This document shows, in pieces, positions 1 through 8,178 of a stretch of 64,000 nucleotides of DNA. The position numbers and the translations under genes are program-made. Position 1 is the first letter of the stretch; every line of letters begins with the position of its first letter. Source of the stretch: Bdellovibrionales bacterium (GTDB lineage: Bacteria; Bdellovibrionota; Bdellovibrionia; Bdellovibrionales; UBA1609); assembly GCA_050246815.1 (NCBI GenBank), contig JBFWVI010000002.1, positions 37,270 to 101,269 of the forward strand, given 5' to 3'. The notes below the pieces were generated by a model. The model worked only from the letters and a program-made list of their open reading frames with translations. It did no database searches and was not told where the DNA came from.

Positions 1-5
1 TGAAA

Positions 6-2258
6 CTACACATTTAGATCGGCATAAAGGGAGCTTTTAAACGACTTCAGGCGCTGCAGGTCGCCGACGATCCAGACCAGATCATGAGCCAGCAGGTCCA
101 TCGACGAGTCTGGGTTCAAGATGCGTCGGCCCTTTCGTTCAATGCCGACGATCAGTCCGTTGACGGCTTCGCGCAGACCACATTCGCGAATGGATTTGTT
201 GATAAATGGGGCGTTGGGCGGAAGAATCATCGAGCCCAGTCCGAAGGATTCTGCCAGTGGCGCGACCGTGGCGGAAACATTCACCTCCAGCGCGGGTTTA
301 ATCAAGGCCAACTGTTCGTCGGTGCCGATCATGTACACGCGGTCATAGGGCATCAACATATCGGTGCGCACGGGTGCCAACACCCTTTTGTCGCCACGTT
401 CGATCATGGCAATCGTAACGCCAAATTTTTCTTTAATGCCAATCTGATGCAGGCTGTGGCCGATCAAGGAAGAGTTGGGTGAAACTGTAAATTCGGCCAA
501 TGATGCATTCCAGGGGGCAAGTTCAGGTGTGGCATTTTTTTGTGCGAGCTCGTCGCGCTCTTTTTCGGTCAGATTCGCAATAAATTTTTTTTCGATGCTT
601 TGATACAACGATTCTGAATAGCGGCTGAAATAAACCCCCAAGATAGACAAGATCAAAAGAATCAGGGCGGCGAACGCCGACATCGAAGCAAATTGACCGA
701 TCACAAAAAGCAAGAGGGTCACGCCCACCACCAGGCGTAAAACGGAAATTCCCAATTGCAATCGGCGCAGCAGCACCACGGTTTCGGGGCGATAGGCTGC
801 CGTGTGAGCGGGCGGAGCCATGATCAGGGCCCATAAAAAGGGTCCCGATAAAATCAAGGTGAGGATGCAGGCAATGGTATTCAGGGCCGAATTTTCGACA
901 AAACGATTTTCCAGCATTGGTAGCAGCAGGCGGCTGGCGCTTAAAGTAATGGCCACAATAACCACAGAATTCAAAACCATTTTTACGCCATATTCGCTCC
1001 AGATCAGACTTAAGACATTTTCGTCCGAACTTGTGGACATGGCCGATTCATATCGGGCCAAACGCACTTTGAAGGCTTCGGGCAAGCGGGCCTCAAGCCA
1101 TTTGTAAAAGGGGTCGGCCAGTTTAATCATGTAGGGAGTGGTGAAGGTGGTCACGGCCGAAACCGCCACGGCGATAGGATACAAGAAGTCACTGGTGACC
1201 TTCAGGCTGACGCCCAGTGTGGCGATGATAAACGAGAATTCACCGATTTGCGCCAAGCTCATGCCGGCTTGGGTGGAGTTTTTCAGACTGCGGCCCGACA
1301 GCACGCCGCCTAGGGCAACGCTAAACAATTTGCCTGCGATGGTGATCAGGGTGATTAGCAAAATGACCCAGAAATACTCCACCAGCACTTGGGGATTGAG
1401 CAGCATGCCGACGGAGACAAAAAACACGGCGGCGAACAAATCGCGAACGGGGACCATCAGATGTTCGATACGATGGCCCTCGCGGGTTTCCGCAAGCAAC
1501 GAGCCCATCACAAAGGCGCCCAGGGCGGGTGAAAACCCAACTTTGGTTGCGATGATCACCATCAACAGGCAAAGCCCGATTGAGACCACCAGCATGGTCT
1601 CATCCGAGAGGTACTTGCGAATTTTTTCGAAGATAATGGGCAAGAGGTAAATGCCCATGACAAACCAAAGCACCATGAAAAAACCAAAGCGCAGGGAAGA
1701 CAAGGCCAACTCGCCACCTGAGAGCGTTTGGGTTACGGCCATTGAAGAAAGCAAAACCAAAAGCAAGATGGCGGCCAAGTCCTCGACGATCAAGACGCCA
1801 AAGACCAGCGAGACGAAGTTGCGTCCTTTAAGTCCCAGCTCTTGAAAGGCACGCACGATAATGGTGGTTGAAGAAATCGAAAGTATGCCGCCCAAAAAGA
1901 GGCTGTCCATTTTAGACCAGCCCAGAACTTGGCCTGTTAAAAATCCCAGGCCCAGCATAAAGACAATCTCAGTAATGGCCGTGATCGAAGCGCTTTTGCC
2001 GACCTTGGCCAGCTTTTTAAAACTAAACTCTAAGCCTAAGCCAAACAGTAAAAAGATCACCCCGATTTCAGCCCAGACATTAACGCTTTTCGTGTCACTG
2101 ACCGTGGGCAAAAGAGGTATATAGGGGCCTACCAGCAGGCCGGCGATTAAATAGCCCAAAACGACAGGCTGTTTGAGTTTTTTGCAAAGCAAAGTCACCA
2201 CGGCGGCGGTGATCAAGATTACGCCAAGGTCCTGAATCAGATCGGGCAGATGGATCAT
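6..2258 (-). CDS. CPA2-family cation:proton antiporter with C-terminal TrkA-C (RCK_C) domains
   Basis: 750 aa, many TM helices; motifs PVVLGYLIAG, SISSTTIIV, LIVEDL, AQIGEFSFII; two soluble TrkA-C-like repeats at the C-terminus. Confidence 0.9.
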   Translation of the reverse strand: MIHLPDLIQDLGVILITAAVVTLLCKKLKQPVVLGYLIAGLLVGPYIPLLPTVSDTKSVNVWAEIGVIFLLFGLGLEFSFKKLAKVGKSASITAITEIVFMLGLGFLTGQVLGWSKMDSLFLGGILSISSTTIIVRAFQELGLKGRNFVSLVFGVLIVEDLAAILLLVLLSSMAVTQTLSGGELALSSLRFGFFMVLWFVMGIYLLPIIFEKIRKYLSDETMLVVSIGLCLLMVIIATKVGFSPALGAFVMGSLLAETREGHRIEHLMVPVRDLFAAVFFVSVGMLLNPQVLVEYFWVILLITLITIAGKLFSVALGGVLSGRSLKNSTQAGMSLAQIGEFSFIIATLGVSLKVTSDFLYPIAVAVSAVTTFTTPYMIKLADPFYKWLEARLPEAFKVRLARYESAMSTSSDENVLSLIWSEYGVKMVLNSVVIVAITLSASRLLLPMLENRFVENSALNTIACILTLILSGPFLWALIMAPPAHTAAYRPETVVLLRRLQLGISVLRLVVGVTLLLFVIGQFASMSAFAALILLILSILGVYFSRYSESLYQSIEKKFIANLTEKERDELAQKNATPELAPWNASLAEFTVSPNSSLIGHSLHQIGIKEKFGVTIAMIERGDKRVLAPVRTDMLMPYDRVYMIGTDEQLALIKPALEVNVSATVAPLAESFGLGSMILPPNAPFINKSIRECGLREAVNGLIVGIERKGRRILNPDSSMDLLAHDLVWIVGDLQRLKSFKSSLYADLNV

Positions 2259-2349
2259 TCATTTACACTGCCTAAGGACAATGCCGGTGGCAATTCGCGC
2301 TGCTTCTAACTTTTTAGATTTGGCAGCACCATCGAAGGCAGAGTATGTG

Positions 2350-3018
2350 ATGTGCGTGAGTCAGAGATCCGCCATCAACAAAATCAACCGAAACGGAGTG
2401 CTGTTGGTCTTTCCGATCAATAACCGACCCGAGCCTCACTCCCTTTGGACCGAAATGCATCCACGTCTGCCGATGCGTTGGGAGTGGACCGACGACGGTG
2501 ACGACAAGGTGGCTGCGATGTGGGGTTTGATGAAGCGTTTGTCGGATTGCCGCGAAGTGGTTTATTCAAAATGGTATCAGGGGCGGGCCACCTTTTTCTC
2601 GCGATCTGTGTTCACGGCCATGCTGCATTTGACTTGGCAGGTGGGGGATCCCTTGAGGGGGCTTTCACCGACAGCCGAAGAGATTCTGAGCGCGCTTGAA
2701 GGCGATTCGCCGCTTTCGACCAAAGAGCTGAAAAAAGTCACGGATTTACAGGGCCGATTAAATGAGCCCCAATACAGCCGTGCGATGAAAGAGCTGTTTT
2801 CACGTTTGCTGGTGGTGGCTTTTGGCGAGGTGGACGACGGCGCTTTCCCCTCGCTGGCCGTGGGGGCGACGAAAACTCTTTACGAAGATTTGTGGCAAGC
2901 AGCCAAAGCGATGCCGACGGCTGAGGCCCTGGCCATTTTGAATCAAGCTATGCCCGCAGGAAGTTTGGTGCAGAGGTATTTTGCCAAGACCTTGCTGCGA
3001 CTGAAGGAACAAAAATGA
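2350..3018 (+). CDS. AlkZ-related winged-helix protein, putative DNA repair
   Basis: YSKWYQGRATF and wHTH-like segment (ILSALEGDSPLSTKELKK...LFSRLLV); ATGA overlap with the downstream glycosylase; start uncertain (2350 or 2356). Confidence 0.55.
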   Translation: MCVSQRSAINKINRNGVLLVFPINNRPEPHSLWTEMHPRLPMRWEWTDDGDDKVAAMWGLMKRLSDCREVVYSKWYQGRATFFSRSVFTAMLHLTWQVGDPLRGLSPTAEEILSALEGDSPLSTKELKKVTDLQGRLNEPQYSRAMKELFSRLLVVAFGEVDDGAFPSLAVGATKTLYEDLWQAAKAMPTAEALAILNQAMPAGSLVQRYFAKTLLRLKEQK

Positions 3019-3656
3019 TCTTAACCTGCGCCACAGCCGAAGAGTTTAAAAGTGCTCGGCGAAAGCTGATGAAGAGCGATGAAAAACTGAAAGCGTTGCT
3101 TAAAAAGCACCGTGGATTCAGTTTTAGCCCAAGATTAGAGCGCACACCGTTTGAATCCTTAGTGCGAGCCATCGCGCATCAGCAGTTGCATGGCAAGGCT
3201 GCCGAAACGATTTTGGGCCGAATGCTCGAGCTTTTTCCGAGCCAATCATTTCCCAGTGCTGAAGCTTTGATGAAAATTGAAGATGCGGCCTTGCGCGGCT
3301 GTGGCTATTCGGGCTCTAAAGTGAAGTCGATTAAGGATATTGCCGCCAAAACTGTTTCGGGTCTGGTGCCTGGCAAAAAAGAAATTCTGACCCTGACCAA
3401 TGATGAAATCATCGGGCGCCTGACCGAAATTTATGGCGTCGGCCGTTGGACGGTGGAAATGCTTTTGATTTTTCAACTGGGGCGCTTGGATGTTTGGCCG
3501 GTCGATGATTTTGGTGTGCGCCGCGGTTTTCAGCTGTGGCAAAAAAAACGTAAAATGCCCACGGCCAAGGATTTGCGCAAAGTTGGTGGCAAGTGGGCGC
3601 CTTATCAAACCGTGGTTGCTTTGTACCTATGGCAAGAGGCCAATCAAGCCAAATAA
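3015..3656 (+). CDS. alkA: DNA-3-methyladenine glycosylase II (AlkA, HhH-GPD family)
   Basis: PFESLVRAIAHQQL, HhH motif LTEIYGVGRWTVEMLLIF, WPVDDFG, WAPY. Confidence 0.9.
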   Translation: MILTCATAEEFKSARRKLMKSDEKLKALLKKHRGFSFSPRLERTPFESLVRAIAHQQLHGKAAETILGRMLELFPSQSFPSAEALMKIEDAALRGCGYSGSKVKSIKDIAAKTVSGLVPGKKEILTLTNDEIIGRLTEIYGVGRWTVEMLLIFQLGRLDVWPVDDFGVRRGFQLWQKKRKMPTAKDLRKVGGKWAPYQTVVALYLWQEANQAK

Positions 3657-3685
3657 AAAAAGCCCGCATAAGAGGCGGGCTTTTT
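3655..3685. terminator. Bidirectional intrinsic terminator
   Basis: AAAAAAGCCCGC-ataagag-GCGGGCTTTTT between convergent genes. Confidence 0.85.
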
Positions 3686-3708
3686 CACTGCTGTAGAAAA
3701 TCCGTAAT

Positions 3709-4272
3709 TTATCGGATGTTGCAAAGGGGCATGCGGGCGAGATCATTCGCACATGCACGGCGCTCTTCATCATCACCGCCGGCCGTGTAAACCGTCAAAG
3801 GAAAGCGTGCCAGCGTTGCAAAGCGGCGGTCCATCAGATCCAAGACCAAAGCCGGATCGCCGTCACTGCTGCAAGAGCACTGGGTGCGAAAGTTGTCGGG
3901 TACGGAAACGCGTTGGTTGACCACTTCAGCGCGGCACGCGCCACGCTCATCATCATCGCTGCCTTCGGTGAAGGTTTGCACAACATCGTCGCGGATTGTT
4001 TTGCCCAAGCTGTCGACTACGTAGCGGTGCAAACGAGGGTCGCCATCATTGTCACATGCCACAAAGGTGACAAGATTGTCGTCGGTATTGCCACCGCCAC
4101 CGCTGCCGCTTTTTAGCCAATCCACTTCACGGGCCAAAACGGTATTGGCGCAGTAAGAGGCGCTGCGATCATCGCGGCTTTGTTGGTAACAGCGCTGCAC
4201 TTCTTCTAAAGTGCCGGCTTGAGCAAGAGAGGCAAAGCCCAAAGAAAGGGCCAAAAGCGTGAATTTTTTCAT
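3709..4272 (-). CDS. Secreted Cys-containing hypothetical protein with internal duplicated domain
   Basis: Signal peptide MKKFTLLALSLGFASLAQA at 4272 with GGGGGA RBS; Gly linker; two copies of C-x2-DGDP-x-L...DD[DE]ER-x-AC. Confidence 0.75.
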   Translation of the reverse strand: MKKFTLLALSLGFASLAQAGTLEEVQRCYQQSRDDRSASYCANTVLAREVDWLKSGSGGGGNTDDNLVTFVACDNDGDPRLHRYVVDSLGKTIRDDVVQTFTEGSDDDERGACRAEVVNQRVSVPDNFRTQCSCSSDGDPALVLDLMDRRFATLARFPLTVYTAGGDDEERRACANDLARMPLCNIR

Positions 4273-4401
4273 ATGATTTCCCCCCGGAAATGCATGGTTT
4301 ACAGTTCTTCCGGGAAGAAGTGTCCGTAGCTTTGAGCTGAGTAGCAAGAGGTCCGGTGAATTGGTAAAAATGTAAAAATCTTGTGTGCGGCGCAGCGCGA
4401 A

Positions 4402-5280
4402 TCAGCGCCAAAAATACGTGAAAGACAGGCTGCCGTAGCGGTTGTCCCGGGGATCTTCTTCAGATTTTTCGGGTTTTGAGCTGCCGACCATCAAACCCAC
4501 ACGCCAATTGCGATGAAATTTATAACTTCCGCTCAGCTGCACGCGACGCGTTCGGACATCGTCTAAGGCTGAACGCGAGGTGGCCAGTTGTATACTGCCT
4601 GACATTTTGTTTCTGGACGCCGCGACTTCGATCCCACCATCGGTGGCCGGAAAACCTGTGACGGTGGTCAGCACCGAGGGTGGCATCACTAAAACGCGTA
4701 AACCTTCGGTGTATTCGCCTAAGTCTTGGTCATAGCGGTGTGCCGTAAAGAAAATCCGTGCGCTCCAAACCTCGTCGATCATGTAGTCAGCGCTGATGGA
4801 GCCAAAATCATCATGAAGCTCGGACTCGCCATTGGTGAATATCAGCTTGGGCAAATTTGAAAATTTGAGAGTCTCACGGCCTCCACTTAGGCGGATGACC
4901 CAATCGGCCGGGGCAAAGATGACACCTAAATTTAAGCTATGGGCGACCACATCATCGCCCATGCGCCATGTTCCGTATTCCAGATCAGCCGTGAAAAGAT
5001 TAAGCGGGTTGGTGCCGATCAACAAATGCCCACCCGTGACTGTGCTGTCGGCCTGTTCTTCTGAGTCTGGAACTTTGGAGGAGTCGCCCCCCACGTTCAG
5101 CTGCCAGTTTCCAGGTAAATAGAAATTCAAATCCAGGGCACTGTTTTGCGTGCCTTGGCGATCGCCGCCCAGGGTCAACGTCGCGCTGGAAGGAAGTTTG
5201 ATTTCATCGGCACGGGCTAACGCATTTTGTGTCAGCGCGAGACCCAATATCGCAAAGATCAGCTGCCACTTGAACGACAT
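4402..5280 (-). CDS. Putative outer-membrane beta-barrel protein
   Basis: Signal peptide, amphipathic beta-strand pattern, aromatic C-terminus (GSLSFTYFWR); 1 bp from upstream gene. Confidence 0.7.
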   Translation of the reverse strand: MSFKWQLIFAILGLALTQNALARADEIKLPSSATLTLGGDRQGTQNSALDLNFYLPGNWQLNVGGDSSKVPDSEEQADSTVTGGHLLIGTNPLNLFTADLEYGTWRMGDDVVAHSLNLGVIFAPADWVIRLSGGRETLKFSNLPKLIFTNGESELHDDFGSISADYMIDEVWSARIFFTAHRYDQDLGEYTEGLRVLVMPPSVLTTVTGFPATDGGIEVAASRNKMSGSIQLATSRSALDDVRTRRVQLSGSYKFHRNWRVGLMVGSSKPEKSEEDPRDNRYGSLSFTYFWR

Positions 5281-5281
5281 T

Positions 5282-5710
5282 TTAGTTGTCGCGACGACGG
5301 CGACGAATGCGCCCGCGCTGTTCGGGTGTCAAATTTTGCCAGCGTTGAAAGCGCGAACGCATCTCTTGTCGTTTCTCGGGTGACATCTGCCGCCAGCGTT
5401 GCATTTGACCGCGCATTTTTTGCCGTTGCTCGGGGCTCATTTGACGCCAGCGCCGCACGGCTTTGCGAATGCGAATTTGCTTTTCTGCAGGTAATTGACG
5501 AAAGCGTTTGAAGGCTTCGCGAATTTTAGTTTTTTGCTCGGGCGAAAGGTTTTTGAACTTTTCCCAGCGCTCACGAACTTGTTGTTGCTGTTCAGGCGTC
5601 AGGTTTTGCCAACGTTTTTGCGCATCGCCGCCTTCGCCTTCGGCCCAAGCAGGTAAAGCCGAGCTTAAGGCCAGCCAACCACTCAACAAAATAAAATCAC
5701 GGCGTTTCAT
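5282..5710 (-). CDS. DUF3106-type protein with W-x-x-[LM]-[ST]-PEQ repeats and Tat-like signal
   Basis: Repeats WQNLTPEQ, FKNLSPEQ, WRQMSPEQ, WRQMSPEK; N-terminal MKRRDFILL. Confidence 0.8.
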   Translation of the reverse strand: MKRRDFILLSGWLALSSALPAWAEGEGGDAQKRWQNLTPEQQQQVRERWEKFKNLSPEQKTKIREAFKRFRQLPAEKQIRIRKAVRRWRQMSPEQRQKMRGQMQRWRQMSPEKRQEMRSRFQRWQNLTPEQRGRIRRRRRDN

Positions 5711-5712
5711 GG

Positions 5713-5847
5713 CTATTTCTCCTCTTGCTCAGAGGCCTCGGCCTCTTCCAGGTTTTCCAAGGTTTCCCACTCGGCTTCTTGGTCGCTGACATCCATATCC
5801 AAAAGCAGGTCTAAGTTCTTCAGCATTTCTGGATCTAGCTGTTCCAT
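5713..5847 (-). CDS. 44-aa acidic micro-protein (not in ORF track)
   Basis: ATG at 5847 preceded by GAGGAG; MEQLDPEMLKNLDLLLDMDVSDQEAEWETLENLEEAEASEQEEK*; exactly fills the gap between anti-sigma and DUF3106 genes. Confidence 0.7.
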   Translation of the reverse strand: MEQLDPEMLKNLDLLLDMDVSDQEAEWETLENLEEAEASEQEEK

Positions 5848-6161
5848 GATTCCAACTCCTCAAGTTCTTCGAATAAATCTAAATCTTCCAACATTTCCAA
5901 TTCGTCTGCAGCAATGGTCTCGTTTTCGGTGTCGCCAAGCAAAGAGAGCATTTCAGCATCGACTTCATCTGAAGTGGACCAGGGTGCGCGTCGCACCCAC
6001 AGCAGCGCCATAGTCGCCGCGCCCACGGGCACGGCGGCGATCAGCCAGCGCCATAGGCGCTCCGCACGTTGATCCGCGCGCAATTGATCCAGTTCAGGTT
6101 GCACCGCGCGTTCCACGGCTTGGCGGTGCTCAGAGCTTGGGTCTTCTTTCAGCCAGCTCAC
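5835..6161 (-). CDS. Putative single-TM anti-sigma factor
   Basis: GTGA overlap with ECF sigma; one TM helix (LWRWLIAAVPVGAATMALLWV); acidic tail EMLEDLDLFEELEELE. Confidence 0.7.
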   Translation of the reverse strand: MSWLKEDPSSEHRQAVERAVQPELDQLRADQRAERLWRWLIAAVPVGAATMALLWVRRAPWSTSDEVDAEMLSLLGDTENETIAADELEMLEDLDLFEELEELESWNS

Positions 6162-6703
6162 CCGGCCCCCTTGAGCTGCTGCTCCAAAGTACGGCGCGCA
6201 CGAAACAGCAAGGATTTGACCGAAGCCGTGGTGGTGTCCAGCTCGCGGGCTAAATCTTCGTAAGAGACTTCTTCGCTTAGCCAGATCACCAAAGCGACAC
6301 GTTGTTGATCGGGAAGGGCTTCGATCAACTTTTTTATTTTTTGAACTTCGCTTTGCTGATTGAGCAAATTTTCGACTTCGTGTCGCGCAAAAGCGGTGGT
6401 GCTTTCATTGGTATCCGCTACGGATTCCAGTGCTGAACGCGAGCGAAGCAAATTCAAGGCGGTGTTGCGCACGATATTCAAAAGCCAGCTGCGAAAGGTA
6501 TTTCGATCTTGGTACTGGCTCGCGGCGCGCACCACTCGCATCCACACTTCTTGTGAAACATCTTCGGCTAGGCCATGGTCTTTGACCATCCGCTTGCCGT
6601 AGCCCAAGACAACAGAAGCATGTCGGGCGAAAAGCTCACGAAAGGCGGCGCTGTTGCCTAAAGCGATTGCTTTCATAAGTTCACCGTCCGACACATGTTT
6701 CAT
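6158..6703 (-). CDS. ECF RNA polymerase sigma-70 factor
   Basis: Region 2 AEDVSQEVW...FRSWLLNIVRN; region 4 LPDQQRVAL...SYEDLA...VKSLLFRAR. Confidence 0.95.
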   Translation of the reverse strand: MKHVSDGELMKAIALGNSAAFRELFARHASVVLGYGKRMVKDHGLAEDVSQEVWMRVVRAASQYQDRNTFRSWLLNIVRNTALNLLRSRSALESVADTNESTTAFARHEVENLLNQQSEVQKIKKLIEALPDQQRVALVIWLSEEVSYEDLARELDTTTASVKSLLFRARRTLEQQLKGAG

Positions 6704-6705
6704 TC

Positions 6706-7608
6706 CTATTCACAGTAATTGATATTGATATCTTGGCTCAAGCCGCCTTTGACCAAGGTCGCGCTGCCGCAACCATTGAAAGTGACGGAACCCGAACCGG
6801 TCACAGAGCCCGAGTACGACACGCTCAAGCTTCCAGAGATGGGGTGACAGCAAGTGCCGCTCCAGGTGAGTTGGCTTGGGGTGTAGGTGGCGGTGAATTT
6901 GGCCAAGTTGTGAATCACTTCAAAACTTCCGCCATCCACAACGCGACCGTTGCGCGCCAAGGTGTTCAAGACATTCATGGGGGCGGTTGTGCGCACTTGA
7001 ATGTCAAAGAACGTATTGCCACTACGGACAAACGTCTTGCGCTTGCCAGCCACATCAATTTGCCAGCTGTTTGCGCCTAGGCGAGTCAAGTTGCCGCCAC
7101 CGCCAATACTATTGCCGCGGTAATCGGTGTGACTTGCACTTGAGACCAAGAGTTGCCCGCCGTAAAGACCATTCATGGCGAAGTCGTAGGAGCGGTTCAC
7201 GCTGTCGCCCACATCCAGATTGCAACTCAAGTCCGAGTAGGTCAGAGTCACTGAGCCATTTAAGGTACGGCCACTGGGTAGTGAGCAATTGCTGTACAGC
7301 GTGCTGCGTGTGGCAGAACTGACGCCACTGACACACATCTCGTAAAGCGCACGACTGCAGGCTGCTGCCTGGGCCTCGGGCACGATTTGGTTGAACACGC
7401 GAGATGCGTATTCGCTGAAGGTCGGTTTGCTTCCCATCACCAGCGAAGAGCCAACTTGATCATCGGCCACGGCGCTGACCGCGGTGATGCCGCTTTCAAC
7501 CGAAGTCGAGATCGTGTCAAGGCTATTGCTGTCTTCAAGAATCTTTTGCCCGCATCCCACCAACGTCCAAATCAGGGCGAGTCCCATATAAGCAGTCGTG
7601 CGTTTCAT
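6706..7608 (-). CDS. Cys-rich beta-strand lipoprotein of unknown function
   Basis: Lipobox LVGC, AAGGAGA RBS, Ser/Thr/Gly-rich with several Cys; 2 bp upstream of ECF sigma. Confidence 0.8.
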   Translation of the reverse strand: MKRTTAYMGLALIWTLVGCGQKILEDSNSLDTISTSVESGITAVSAVADDQVGSSLVMGSKPTFSEYASRVFNQIVPEAQAAACSRALYEMCVSGVSSATRSTLYSNCSLPSGRTLNGSVTLTYSDLSCNLDVGDSVNRSYDFAMNGLYGGQLLVSSASHTDYRGNSIGGGGNLTRLGANSWQIDVAGKRKTFVRSGNTFFDIQVRTTAPMNVLNTLARNGRVVDGGSFEVIHNLAKFTATYTPSQLTWSGTCCHPISGSLSVSYSGSVTGSGSVTFNGCGSATLVKGGLSQDININYCE

Positions 7609-7640
7609 GGTCTCTCCTTTATTTCTTAATTAAACTAAAA

Positions 7641-7961
7641 TTATTGATCACGTTTTTGTTCGTCATGCTTTTCATTGTAAATGCGCTCACTTTGACGGTC
7701 TTGAGCACCTTCGATACGGGCGGCCTCATTGGCGGTCACGCTGCCATCGGATTCGGCACGGCGCTCAAGGCGGCGCACATGTCGTTCACCGGCACGCAAT
7801 TTTTTGGCTTCACCGCGAGTCAATTCGCCGCTTTTTACGCCGTCAGCGATGCGAGCGCGCTGATGCACTTGGCGACGGTCTGCTCGGTCGGCCAAGGAGG
7901 CTTGGGTAAACAAGACGGTGCCGATGACGGCGATCAAGTTGAGGGTCAATTTTGAGCTCAT
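7641..7961 (-). CDS. Small secreted helical repeat protein
   Basis: Signal peptide; RQVHQRARIADGVKSGELTRGEAKKL / DGSVTANEAARIEGAQDRQSERIY repeat type. Confidence 0.8.
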   Translation of the reverse strand: MSSKLTLNLIAVIGTVLFTQASLADRADRRQVHQRARIADGVKSGELTRGEAKKLRAGERHVRRLERRAESDGSVTANEAARIEGAQDRQSERIYNEKHDEQKRDQ

Positions 7962-8010
7962 GGTTTGGTCCTTCGTTGGCCAGGCGTGATTGCCTGCGCA
8001 CTACAACTAG

Positions 8011-8037
8011 TAAACCCGTGAAAAGGGCGAAAGTTGC
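8011..8037 (-). promoter_or_regulatory. Putative ECF-type promoter of the ECF operon
   Basis: Minus strand GCAAC-N17-GTTTA about 50 nt upstream of the first operon gene. Confidence 0.45.
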
Positions 8038-8150
8038 GCGCTTTTTAAAATAAATTTAGCTGTTTGATTTCAGGGGTTTGAGGCAGGTCCTGTGTCATAT
8101 TGAGACAGGTCTAAAGTCGGACCTGAAACGAAGCCTGGGTGGGGTCGTTT

Positions 8151-8166
8151 GGGCACACTCATTGAA
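8151..8166 (+). promoter_or_regulatory. Variant sigma54 promoter (GG-N10-GA)
   Basis: GGGCAC-ACTCA-TTGAA 13 nt before ATG 8179. Confidence 0.45.
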
Positions 8167-8178
8167 TTCACAAAATAA

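Noticed and set aside
5300..5620. Nucleotide-level repeats that could suggest a CRISPR or tandem array
   Set aside because: They are the coding repeats of the DUF3106 protein; no spacers and no cas genes
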